A stretch of 64,000 nt of DNA from a virus. Taxonomy: Duplodnaviria; Heunggongvirae; Uroviricota; Caudoviricetes. Below the pieces are notes generated by a model. That model was not told the DNA's origin. It saw only the letters and a list, made by a program, of their open reading frames with translations, and searched no databases. The stretch is taken from the IMG/VR virus record IMGVR_UViG_3300021399_000096. The stretch is one strand, 5' to 3'. The first letter of the stretch is position 1, and each line of letters begins with the position of its first letter. This document shows positions 1 through 10,171 of this stretch, one piece after another. The position numbers and the translations under genes were made by a program.

Positions 1-858
1 GCTATTTATCCGGATTATTATAATATTATTGATAGAGAAGCAGCTTGGTATAAATTTGTTGAAAATAATATTTATAAAAATAATTCAGTAAAAAGATTTA
101 CTCCAATTATTTATAATATTGATACAGAAAATCATTCATTCACTATGGAATATCTTGAAGATTATATTCCTTTGCATGAATATCTTAGAACACATTCAAA
201 TTCAGATATTAAAGAAGTTTATAAGAATATTTTTTCTGCATTAAATGAATTTAGTAAAATATCTAAATCAATATATCAACCAGATTATGAAGAAGATTTA
301 GATAAAGAATTATATACTAAAGTAATTGATAGATGTGAAAAAATTAAACATTATTTAGTAAATTATAATAAATCAGAACTTGAAGATATTCTAGCTAAAA
401 TAATTAAAATTTTTATTAAATTAGAATATTCTAAAAATCGAGATACAGCAATAATGTCAAATATCAATTATACATTATGTCATGGAGATTTGAATGGGTC
501 TAATATAATGGTTAATCCAAAAACAAAAGAAATCAAATTTATAGATCCACGTGGATATTTTGGATTTACAAAAAATTATGGATTACAATCATATGAATAT
601 GCAAAACTATTATATGCATTATCTGGATATGATGATTTTAATTTGAATCCGAAAATTTATAAACATGATACAATTAATAAGTTTGATTATTTTGATGAGT
701 TTTTTGAAACATATTTAGATAAAAGACATATTATATTATTAGGTGTAATATGGATAGCATTAGCTGGATATATTTCACAAGATATTATCAAAGCTAATAT
801 GGCATATGAACATGGATTAAAAATATTAAAAGATTTTTTAAATGAATACAAAGGATAA
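1..858 (+). CDS. APH/choline-kinase-fold phosphotransferase (capsule/sugar-modification type), 5'-truncated by the window edge
   Basis: Frame 1 is open from base 1 (AIYPDYYNIIDREAAWY...). Brenner motif HGDLNGSN and DFG-equivalent FIDPRGYFG are present. Confidence 0.7.
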   Translation, partial: AIYPDYYNIIDREAAWYKFVENNIYKNNSVKRFTPIIYNIDTENHSFTMEYLEDYIPLHEYLRTHSNSDIKEVYKNIFSALNEFSKISKSIYQPDYEEDLDKELYTKVIDRCEKIKHYLVNYNKSELEDILAKIIKIFIKLEYSKNRDTAIMSNINYTLCHGDLNGSNIMVNPKTKEIKFIDPRGYFGFTKNYGLQSYEYAKLLYALSGYDDFNLNPKIYKHDTINKFDYFDEFFETYLDKRHIILLGVIWIALAGYISQDIIKANMAYEHGLKILKDFLNEYKG

Positions 859-1411
859 AATAGGAAAAGTTCTTGAATCTGAATATAAATCATATTTTGA
901 TAAAATAGCATCTAAAGATGAAAAATATCTAAATACAAAGAAGATAATTATTTCTGATGTAGATGGTATTTTAACTGAAAGTTCTTCATACTATACTGCA
1001 GATGGAAAAGTAATGAAGAAATTTGGTGCATATGATACCGAAATGATAAATTTTATGAAAACCCAAGGATGGGAATTTCTATTTGTCAGTAAAGATAAAA
1101 ATGGTTTAGAAATAACTAAAAAACGAATACTAGATTTAAAATGTGTATTTAGTGAAGCAGATGTAAATACAAGAATAGATATAATCAAAGATAAAAAATC
1201 TATATATGATTTTGTAGTTTATATTGGTGATTCATTATCTGATATTGCTTTATTTAGAGAAGCAGATTTTGGTGCAACAGTAAATAATGCTCCAGATATA
1301 GTTAAAGAATATGCTCAATATACTGCTAAGCATAATGGAGGCTTTGGAGGTTTTGCGGATATTTGTTTTTATTTGCACAATATTGAAGCTTCTATTTTTT
1401 AGTTTAATTAA
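842..1411 (+). CDS. kdsC: KdsC-like HAD phosphatase
   Basis: HAD motif I DVDGILT, YYTADGKVMKKFG, and motif IV YIGDSLSD. TAG at 1400-1402 is read through (Q-F-N) to TAA at 1409-1411. Confidence 0.75.
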
Positions 1412-1454
1412 GTTATAGTAATTTTGCACCAACAAATTAAAAATATTGAAAATT

Positions 1455-1721
1455 ATGGCAAAAACAGTAAAAGAAGAAACAAATCCAACTTATAAAAAGA
1501 TTGTAAGTAAGTTGAAAGAAATGAATGTAAGAATTTCACATCCTATTTGTGTTAATACATATAATACTGATCCAAATTATGCATGGATTAGTTGTAATTA
1601 CATGGGAACTGGTCTTAAAATGCCTATCTCTGAAATCGATTTTAATGATTTTAGAGATATTGACCCTGAAATTATGAAGCATTGTGCTACATGGACATGG
1701 ACAGATAAAAAGAAAAATTAA
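1455..1721 (+). CDS. hypothetical protein
   Basis: ATG at 1455, TAA stop, co-oriented with neighbours. Confidence 0.6.
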   Translation: MAKTVKEETNPTYKKIVSKLKEMNVRISHPICVNTYNTDPNYAWISCNYMGTGLKMPISEIDFNDFRDIDPEIMKHCATWTWTDKKKN

Positions 1722-1744
1722 TCACAATTTAAAAATTAATAATT

Positions 1745-2965
1745 ATGAGTAACAAATATTTAAACAGAATGATGGTACAACCAGATTATGTAGTTGTATA
1801 TGATGAAAATAAAGGTTTTTATTATGGTGACACATTGAATAGAGAAGATTATAAAAAACTTCAATTTGATATGTTTATTTATGATACTAAAGTTAAAATG
1901 CTGGTTGGATATGCAGCTAGTAAATCTCATCCAAGCAAGCCAGTAAAAGTTTATATATCATTGGATATGAGAAATTGTTCAGGAAACCGTCTTGAACATA
2001 GTTATATTCGTGTAAATAAAGTTGTAAATGAGCACTCTGAACGTTATGAAGGAAAGCATGATTTATTCATTTATTCTGATTATAATGTAGCTATTCTTGC
2101 TGGAAAAGAAATGGCGTTTATTGATAGTATAGATAAATATGCTGAAAATGTTAGTGAGTATGTTGGTGAGTATTTTCCAGATACTAAATTTAATTGTAAT
2201 TTCGATTTTAAATGGTTGCAAGATAAATTTAATACCTGTAAAGAACGCAAATATTTTGATAAAGATATTAGCCAATTAATTGATGCTTTTAAAAATACGG
2301 TAGACGATTCAAAAGAAACAGTTAAAAGCACAGTTAATAAATTAAAAGATTGCACAAAATCTGGATTTGAACGGCTTATTAAAGAATTGGATGATATTGA
2401 TATTCCTAAACAAAAACCTGAATATGTAAAAGATGAAAAAGATTTTGCGTTATATAAAGAACTTACTAATGAATATGCAGTTCTTTTGAAGCACCGCAAA
2501 AGAAATGGGAAATCTCGATATACTGTAAATATTATTAAATTGACACTTGATACAAATAAATCATTTGATATTACATTTGAACAATTTTGTGATATTTATG
2601 AGATTTTGAATGAGGAAGCTGAAGGACGATTGAAATTTAATTCAGTAATGGATATTCTTGGTAATCAGATTTTTGATGAGAAGCCTATTGAGACCATAAA
2701 AGAAGAACCAAAGAAAACAAATCCAATTCAGTTCTGCCAGTTTAGGACTAAAGATGAAACTCTGTGTGAACCACGGTCGGGCAAGGCTAAATTCAAAATA
2801 GGTGATTTAGTATATATTAAATCAATGGGTATTAATGGGCATGTTGTAGAGATTTTTAATACTAGATCTAATGATGGAAAAACCAGAAAACTTTATAAAG
2901 TTGAATTATCTGGAATTCGTAAGTATAAAGCTTTTTTCAGTTATGAACTTGAAAAGGCACAATAA
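1745..2965 (+). CDS. hypothetical protein (406 aa)
   Basis: Long TAG-free ORF followed by a terminator. Confidence 0.75.
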   Translation: MSNKYLNRMMVQPDYVVVYDENKGFYYGDTLNREDYKKLQFDMFIYDTKVKMLVGYAASKSHPSKPVKVYISLDMRNCSGNRLEHSYIRVNKVVNEHSERYEGKHDLFIYSDYNVAILAGKEMAFIDSIDKYAENVSEYVGEYFPDTKFNCNFDFKWLQDKFNTCKERKYFDKDISQLIDAFKNTVDDSKETVKSTVNKLKDCTKSGFERLIKELDDIDIPKQKPEYVKDEKDFALYKELTNEYAVLLKHRKRNGKSRYTVNIIKLTLDTNKSFDITFEQFCDIYEILNEEAEGRLKFNSVMDILGNQIFDEKPIETIKEEPKKTNPIQFCQFRTKDETLCEPRSGKAKFKIGDLVYIKSMGINGHVVEIFNTRSNDGKTRKLYKVELSGIRKYKAFFSYELEKAQ

Positions 2966-2990
2966 TTATAGAAGATATTAAATATTAGAA

Positions 2991-3023
2991 AATAGAGGTT
3001 AACAAAAAATTAACTTCTATTTT
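2991..3023 (+). terminator. intrinsic terminator
   Basis: AAATAGAGGTTAA / TTAACTTCTATTT stem followed by a T-run. Confidence 0.65.
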
Positions 3024-3081
3024 TTCTTTTAAATAAAAGGTATTAATTTTGTATATCAAATTAAAAATAGGAGGAACACCA

Positions 3082-4125
3082 ATGAAACGGCTCGTTATTA
3101 TTTTATCAATTATCGTCAATTCAGTTATAGTATTTGCAAATGCAAATTTTGACAAAACTATCAATTATCAAAGACACAATGCCGAAGCATATGTCGGCGA
3201 AACCTTGTATCTTCTTCCACTTACTGGTTCTTGGTATGGCGAAAAAATATCAGAACGTTATCATAATTTCAAATCTATTATATATCAAGATGGTTATGAT
3301 GTATATGCAGGACCAAACTCTGGTATGGAGTATCAATATAAATTTAATCCATATGATTGTCGAGACAATAAAACTGGCACACATAAACGTCATATAGAAG
3401 GCCATAGATTTTATGTAAGCAAAGTCGTCCAAGATCCAAATGATGATATGATTTGGACATTCCATTTGACAGATTTGAATACTGGTGAAAATCTTAAGTT
3501 TATTTATTATGCTGAAATTACAGATGGCAGTATATTTCAAGATTTTCCATTTATAACAGAAAAGCACTATAAATATTGTAAATCTCTTATTGGTTCAAAA
3601 CTTGTATTTGGGACCTCTTCAAAACATGCACCTGATTTAGGAACTACATATTATCCCACTTTTGAGAAAGATATTAATACTGGTGAAACTATCAATTATG
3701 ATAAAAGTTATGCAAAATGGACAATAAAGGATGTTGAGATTGATATATATCACTCATGTATAAGTTTTATTGTTACAAATGGTAAACAAACTACTAAAGT
3801 TCCATATAATATTCAATATTCAGATACATATAGTATGCATTATAATAATTGCACCAGAGTATTTACAGAAATACAATGGAATAATTTAGTAAAGAAATAT
3901 GGCGAGACTCATATGGAATCAATAATGGCTAATATGCCATTAGATGATATGAGTAAAGAAGAATTATATATGGCAGGTGGTAGATATGCAGCTAATGGAT
4001 TATATAAAGATGATAATAAAGGTGTAGGTGAAATAGCAATAGATGCATTTATAAAATCTACAAAGGAAACAGTAAAAACATATAAAGAAATATTTAAGTA
4101 TATTAAAAAGGCGGTATTTAATTAA
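3082..4125 (+). CDS. secreted/periplasmic hypothetical protein with signal peptide
   Basis: MKRLVIILSIIVNSVIVFA signal-like N-terminus. GGAGG lies at 3070-3074, upstream of ATG 3082. Confidence 0.7.
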   Translation: MKRLVIILSIIVNSVIVFANANFDKTINYQRHNAEAYVGETLYLLPLTGSWYGEKISERYHNFKSIIYQDGYDVYAGPNSGMEYQYKFNPYDCRDNKTGTHKRHIEGHRFYVSKVVQDPNDDMIWTFHLTDLNTGENLKFIYYAEITDGSIFQDFPFITEKHYKYCKSLIGSKLVFGTSSKHAPDLGTTYYPTFEKDINTGETINYDKSYAKWTIKDVEIDIYHSCISFIVTNGKQTTKVPYNIQYSDTYSMHYNNCTRVFTEIQWNNLVKKYGETHMESIMANMPLDDMSKEELYMAGGRYAANGLYKDDNKGVGEIAIDAFIKSTKETVKTYKEIFKYIKKAVFN

Positions 4126-4208
4126 ATCTGGAGTTAGTTAGAGGCCACCTGGTGAAATTAAAATAATAAAATATGTAAATCATTAAAATAAAAATAAAGT
4201 GTTCTAAA

Positions 4209-4982
4209 ATGAAAGTATTTGAAAAACTTCAAAAGAAATTCCAGCATATTTTTATGCTGAATCTTTCAACTCGAGGAGATAGACGATATAAAATGATTCA
4301 GCAATTATTTGATTTCGGATTGCCTACAAAATTTAGACAATCTGATCTTGATATTAGAACAACTGTTCCATTTAAGAAATATAATACTATAATGATGCAT
4401 GTTCTCAATCAAAATAAATTGGGACGATTAACAAAGCCTAATGAATATGATTGTACACATAATCATTATTCTATGGTAAAACAAGCATATGACCAAGGGT
4501 GGCAATATTGTTTAATAATAGAAGATGATATTCTTTTTATTGAAGATAAAAAACTGTGGGAAAAATATTTAGATAATATTCCTAGTGATTTTGATATTCT
4601 TCAATTTGGTGGTTTTACTGCAGATAAACAAGTAGTTGAAGAAGTTTTGAATCACAAAGATGAATATTGGGTAAAGCATCCAAATATTCCAATATGGAAT
4701 GCTTCCATGTATGCACTTTCCCGCAAAGGTATGGAATATTATCTCGAGTTTATTGATAAATTTTTCTGGGTTGCTGATGGCCCATTATATCGCGCGCCAA
4801 TTGACAGACCAGAACTAAATACATATATATGCACAATTCCTTTAGTTATTCAAGAAGACAAGGATGTTAACCCGTCTGATATTCGTGATAAACAAAATGA
4901 CAATATTGATTATAATACTCAAAATATGTATGAATTATTTAAGTCAAGTCATGAATATTGGCATGAAAAATTCAGTGAATAA
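4209..4982 (+). CDS. glycosyltransferase family 25-like
   Basis: FMLNLSTRGDRR N-terminal motif, H..MVKQA, CLIIEDD. Confidence 0.75.
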   Translation: MKVFEKLQKKFQHIFMLNLSTRGDRRYKMIQQLFDFGLPTKFRQSDLDIRTTVPFKKYNTIMMHVLNQNKLGRLTKPNEYDCTHNHYSMVKQAYDQGWQYCLIIEDDILFIEDKKLWEKYLDNIPSDFDILQFGGFTADKQVVEEVLNHKDEYWVKHPNIPIWNASMYALSRKGMEYYLEFIDKFFWVADGPLYRAPIDRPELNTYICTIPLVIQEDKDVNPSDIRDKQNDNIDYNTQNMYELFKSSHEYWHEKFSE

Positions 4983-5032
4983 TTTTTAAAAATATTTTTA
5001 ATAAATAGTAAAAAAAATTATATTAGAAAGAA

Positions 5033-5431
5033 ATGATAGTAGATGATATAACATACGATATTGATAATAGAGATATTGAACGAGAAATGTATATTCAAGA
5101 TTTAGAAGCAGAAGCACAAGAAGAACAAGATATTGCAGATGAAGCTGAAGAGCAAGAAGAAGAAAAAATTCAAGAAGAAACAGAAAAAACGTATTATCAA
5201 ACTAGAAGAACTATAAATACAAAAAATCTTGATTTGGATTTGGGTATTGAAGTAGAACAACTTCGTCCTATTTATTTATGGGAATCTCTAAAAGACGGCC
5301 AAACATATGAAGGTTGTGTAGTTCACAAATTTGATAATAATACTTATATATTCAATGCATCTGTTAAAGGAGCAAATGAATTCAAACTAAAGAAATTTAC
5401 TTTAGATAACATAAAACAAATAAAGAAATAA
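5033..5431 (+). CDS. hypothetical acidic protein
   Basis: 132-aa ORF with AATAAATAGTAAAA upstream. Confidence 0.65.
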   Translation: MIVDDITYDIDNRDIEREMYIQDLEAEAQEEQDIADEAEEQEEEKIQEETEKTYYQTRRTINTKNLDLDLGIEVEQLRPIYLWESLKDGQTYEGCVVHKFDNNTYIFNASVKGANEFKLKKFTLDNIKQIKK

Positions 5432-5596
5432 ATGAAATTATCTCCAAAAATAGCAACATTCTGTCCTGGGTGTGGACATAAAAATTTAGAATTGAAATCA
5501 GCACCATCATTAATTATAAAGACAGAACAAAAGGAACCAACAAAGAAAATCACAATTATTGGAACAAAACCTATATCTAAGAAAGGGTTATTTTGA
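5432..5596 (+). CDS. small CxxC protein (54 aa)
   Basis: MKLSPKIATFCPGCGHKN..., abuts the previous stop. Confidence 0.45.
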   Translation: MKLSPKIATFCPGCGHKNLELKSAPSLIIKTEQKEPTKKITIIGTKPISKKGLF

Positions 5597-5626
5597 AAAT
5601 AAATAATAAAAATAATATATTTTATT

Positions 5627-5956
5627 ATGATATAGCATTCATATGCAACTAATGAATTATTTGAAGGTGTTGATTTAACTAATGTTTCAACACAAGAAAT
5701 TCAAGCTAGCAAAAAATTATTTAACTATATAGTCGAGTCCGCTGCCATTGCAACTGAAGAAGGGAAATCGCTTGATGATGTAATGGATGAAGGACTATTT
5801 ACTGCTTTACTTGGCGGTGTTGCCGGTTCTACTATAGGCCCAGCAATTATGAAAGCTGTCTGCCGAGTACTTGGAATTTCCGAGCAAGGCAGTTTAGGCA
5901 AGTTACTTACTTCTTCATTGGTGCTAGGGGCATTAGGGGCTGAGTTATCACGATGA
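5627..5956 (+). CDS. hypothetical protein with Gly-rich hydrophobic C-terminus (109 aa, code 15)
   Basis: ATG-ATA-TAG-CAT... is open to TGA only if TAG is sense. Contains VMDEGLFTALLGGVAGSTIG. Confidence 0.6.
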
Positions 5957-5978
5957 TAATAAAATATATTAAAAAGGA

Positions 5979-6006
5979 AAAAGGATGTCTCAGGCGGCAT
6001 CTTTTT
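5979..6006. terminator. terminator between convergent genes
   Basis: AAGGATGTC / GGCATCTTT stem with A- and T-runs. Confidence 0.55.
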
Positions 6007-6023
6007 ATTGTTTCTGAAGATTC

Positions 6024-8156
6024 TTATACTTCAGGGTGAATTAAACTTCCTACTAAAGCTTGACTATGTGGCGCCCATGCATCCATTAACCCTAATAAGA
6101 ACCATAAATATCCAATATTTGGCATCGGAACTTCTCCAACTACAGGAAGTTTTTGAGATTTAATTGGTAAAAGATTTTCAAAATTTGGAATATAATCTGG
6201 ACCACCTTTTAATAAATCTTCTAATTGTTGTCTGACTTGTGAAACTAAATCGCTCTAATCGCTGAATAAAAATCTAATTTGGAATAATTCTGGAGGTAAA
6301 TAATAATCAGCCGGAGTCAATGGCGGAAACATTTCTTGAATAACTCCATCTATTGCCTAGAAATCTATGCTTTCAATTGCTGATGGAAGTGTTGGTTTAA
6401 TTGTTTCTAATGGAACACCAGAACCACCTGGCAAAACAACAAATATTTTTCCGGTATCTGGACTGGCATATGGCATAGGACTTATAAATGATCTAGGTGA
6501 TAATGCCCATGCAAATGATTCTGCAGGAATAACTAATCCTGGCGGTAAAGTTGGAATTTTAGATAATGAATCCAAAACAACTTTAACCGCATCAAATGCC
6601 AGCTAAAATGCTTCTTGAGCAATTTCTAAAGATTGTTGAACCGTTTGAATTGCACCCATTGCAGCAGCAACGGGTTTTGCTATTATTCCAAAATTAATAG
6701 GTTTTAATATTTTTCCTAATAATTCATTTTTATAAACCAATGCCTTTTGAATTAATTCCTATAATTCTGCAAAACCTTCTGCTATTTTATTCTATACATA
6801 TTGCTTATATTCATCTGGAAGTTTAGCTAAGACTTTAACAATGTCCGGAATCATTACAATTGCATTAATCATTAATGTTGTCTAATCTAATATTGCACAT
6901 AACTAAGCAATTAAATCCTGGAACCATTTATATTTGTCATTAGGAGACATTAAAAATGCAAGAGATTTGTCTTTAGCTGCTTTTAACATACACTCTGGAG
7001 AACAATATCCACCAGGTGGTAAAAATCTAGCTTTCTTTCCGCAAACAGGGCATATCATTCCTTCTCTATATGCATGCCCATACATATCAAAGGCAGCTTT
7101 CATATAAAGCATCGCATTAACAGAAACAGTTCCATCTTCATCAGTAGTTTCTTCAACTTTTGACTAGTTAATAAGATTTTGAAAATCTGTATTCTTGAGT
7201 CGTTGAACTAATTCCCACCACTATTGAACCATTGCTAATATTTCCTATATAGTTTTACTATGGCTAACTACATATGAACCATCTGCACTAAATGAAATTC
7301 CTTTAACTTGCTCAACTTCTTCAGATTCAATAGCTTCTAAATTTATTTCAATTGGTTCTGCTGGAATATCAGTAATATCAGTAATTTCATCTGATTCATT
7401 TTCTGCAGAACCTATTAAATAACTATCATCTGGAATATAATTACCATTGGCATCTGTTAATGGTTCACCATTATCATCTTTGGCAAAAACTGCATTATTT
7501 TTAATGTATTCAATATCAAAATCTTTATAATATACAGAATGTCCTTGAAGAATATTTTCAGTATTACCAGTCTATGTATTTCCACCGCCAGTTGTAAAAC
7601 CTGCACTATTTGCCTGTCCAGCCTATGTAGTTCCACCTGCATTTGTAGCTGAACTTCCTTTAATATCTTTTTCTCCACTTCCAGTATAAAGATTTGGATT
7701 TATTGATGTATATTGTTGTCCTTTAGGCAACCAACTTTTATATAATAGATATTGTTTTCGTTGTTGTCCACCTCCATTTCTAATAGCAACGTGTACCCAT
7801 GCACTATTAGGCTTATGTTCATCGATAAACTAATCAAACACAATATTGTTATCATGCAACCAATGCATTACAAATAAAGCAAATTCATTAGTACTTCTGC
7901 CAACTGGAACTAAATCCGCTGCATAAGCTTGAGAATGGGCAGATGTGCTAGAACCACCAACTGCTCTATTTAATGCATCACAACGATAACCAGATGTCAC
8001 AGTAATATCAGATCCCCATGCTTCTCGCAAAGGATCTAATATTTTTTCGACTAATTCTTTTACTCTAGGCTAAAAATTCGGAGGAACTGAATTATCTATT
8101 CCTTTCTATTTTGCTGTTGAAGAAACTGCCCACTATTCAAATTTAAAATATTTCAT
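6024..8156 (-). CDS. peptidase M15A (Zn) cell-wall hydrolase fused to a long C-terminal region with a CxxC...CxxxC cluster (710 aa, code 15)
   Basis: One frame from ATG 8156 to TAA 6024 with about 16 in-frame TAG. Motifs VTSGYRC, SAHSQAYAAD, WVHV; CPVCG and YCSPEC further downstream. Confidence 0.8.
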
Positions 8157-8623
8157 TAATCAGACAAATCGTTTTCATCCATATTTATGTTATCAATAAC
8201 ATTATTAGAGTTCTTTTCAAATCCACCAAATTCTACAATTTTATTTTTTCTAAATCTTTCATAGAAAATAACTTCATCGAAAATTTCCATTATATCTTGA
8301 TGTTTCGGAAACTAACCATTATCAATAAGAACTATTTTAACATCTTCTCCATGTTTTTTGAAAAAGTATTTAAATGACTAAAACAATTCTTTTGACAAAT
8401 GTTTATTAATATAAATAACACCTTTATACTTTTTGAGATTTAACTATTGTGTCATTAATGTCTAAATTTCATCATTGATAATAAAAATACTACTGGGTTT
8501 AGACATATCCAAATTCAAACTTTTTATAAAAGACTGCACATCTAATATATAATAATTTTTTAAATTTGAATATATTGACCGTAATTTAGTTTCACTATCA
8601 GATGTCATATATATTGTTCCCAT
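8156..8623 (-). CDS. hypothetical protein (155 aa, code 15)
   Basis: Open across several TAG. Its TAA overlaps the next ATG (TAATG). Confidence 0.65.
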
Positions 8624-8661
8624 CAATATTACTACAAATATGAATTTTATTATTTATATGA

Positions 8662-9777
8662 TTAATTATTTGCAGTCTTTTTTGTACGAGCTGCTTTTTT
8701 GAATGTTGATTTTGATTGATCTTCCTCAACTTCAGTATTGAAATCTTCAGCAATATCTTCATCATAAAATGCTAATAAACCTTCAGCAACAGATGTTTTA
8801 AGTTCTTTAACTTGCATTCTATTTGCTAAAATATTAATAAAGCCTTTAGACATTTCTTCTGGGTATGCTGTTTTGATTAATTTATAAATTGAAGATGGCG
8901 GAAGATTTAATGCAAATTCAATATCAATAGAATATTCAGTCTTATTAGACATATTAATCATGTTGTCAATAAGGCTTTTTTGATCATTATTTACTCCTAA
9001 TTCAATATCAGTATCTGATGTTTTAACTAATACTTCTTTTTCAACTACTTTTTCAATAATCTTTTCTTCTTTTGGCGTAATAGCATTTTCAATAAAATCT
9101 TCAGTAGATAATTCACAAATACTGCCATTAATATCAATTTGAACTGATTTAATATTTCTTAAAAATTCATCAGCATTAATATGCAATACTCCATTTTTAT
9201 CTAAACTATAAGCATATGAAATTGCATCTTCATCTTTTACAACTTCAAATTTGGATGCTGGTTTAGGTGCTTCTACTATAGTAGTACTATTATTAAAATC
9301 AAAGGCTTTACCTTCTTTTACATCTGTTGCTTTTTGTTTTTGTGCAACATATGCATCATAATCAAAGAAATATTCACTATCGTCCGGAGCTTTATAATTT
9401 TCCACTTTTTGTGGTTTACCCATTACATCAATTCTAGGTTTTCTAGTAGCTGTGCTATGTGTAAGCTCTTCCCAAGTAGGTGCTTCAACTAATTCTCCAT
9501 TTGCATTAGTCGCAGTCCTTACTTTTTCTACCTTAGGAACTATATATTTTAATTTCCAAATATTATATTGACTTGAAACCTCTGCAAATTCATATCCTTC
9601 AATAGAATTTGCATTTACTGGAGCAATATACTGTTTATTGCATCTTGAGCCATCTTTAAAATAATACATAGTAAAACCTTCTGAATTATCAATATAATCC
9701 AAAGTTGTTACTTTTTGAAAATTGTCATCTTGCTCATTTAAATGTTGAAAAAATCTAATTTGTCTAATTTGTGCCAT
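8662..9777 (-). CDS. hypothetical protein
   Basis: 371-aa ORF from the track. Confidence 0.75.
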   Translation of the reverse strand: MAQIRQIRFFQHLNEQDDNFQKVTTLDYIDNSEGFTMYYFKDGSRCNKQYIAPVNANSIEGYEFAEVSSQYNIWKLKYIVPKVEKVRTATNANGELVEAPTWEELTHSTATRKPRIDVMGKPQKVENYKAPDDSEYFFDYDAYVAQKQKATDVKEGKAFDFNNSTTIVEAPKPASKFEVVKDEDAISYAYSLDKNGVLHINADEFLRNIKSVQIDINGSICELSTEDFIENAITPKEEKIIEKVVEKEVLVKTSDTDIELGVNNDQKSLIDNMINMSNKTEYSIDIEFALNLPPSSIYKLIKTAYPEEMSKGFINILANRMQVKELKTSVAEGLLAFYDEDIAEDFNTEVEEDQSKSTFKKAARTKKTANN

Positions 9778-9783
9778 AATATA

Positions 9784-9972
9784 TTAGTTTTCATTTTTCT
9801 TCTTTATCTTAACATGCTTTACCTTGTATTTAATAATATGAATATCTTGGTCAACATTTTGATTATTTATTTTTGAATTTTTAGATGTCAACTTTTTAAA
9901 ATAATCAATTAACATACTATACCATAATATAATATGTTCTTTAATACTATTACATATTTTAAATAATTGCAT
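9784..9972 (-). CDS. hypothetical protein
   Basis: Short co-oriented ORF. Confidence 0.4.
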   Translation of the reverse strand: MQLFKICNSIKEHIILWYSMLIDYFKKLTSKNSKINNQNVDQDIHIIKYKVKHVKIKKKNEN

Positions 9973-10130
9973 TATTTTAATTAGTTTTCATTTTCAAATT
10001 ATTTATTACTAAAAAATCTATATATTAATTATTATAAAATAAATCTTGCTAATTGTTTATAATTAAAAGAGGAACGACTTTCACAAGCCATCCCTCCACA
10101 AAAATGAAAACTAATTGAAAAACGAGCAAA

Positions 10131-10150
10131 CACTGGACTGAAATCCAGTG
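10131..10150 (-). terminator. GC-rich hairpin downstream of the 689-aa gene
   Basis: CACTGGA-CTGAAA-TCCAGTG. Confidence 0.5.
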
Positions 10151-10171
10151 CGCTTATTAGTTTTTCATGTA

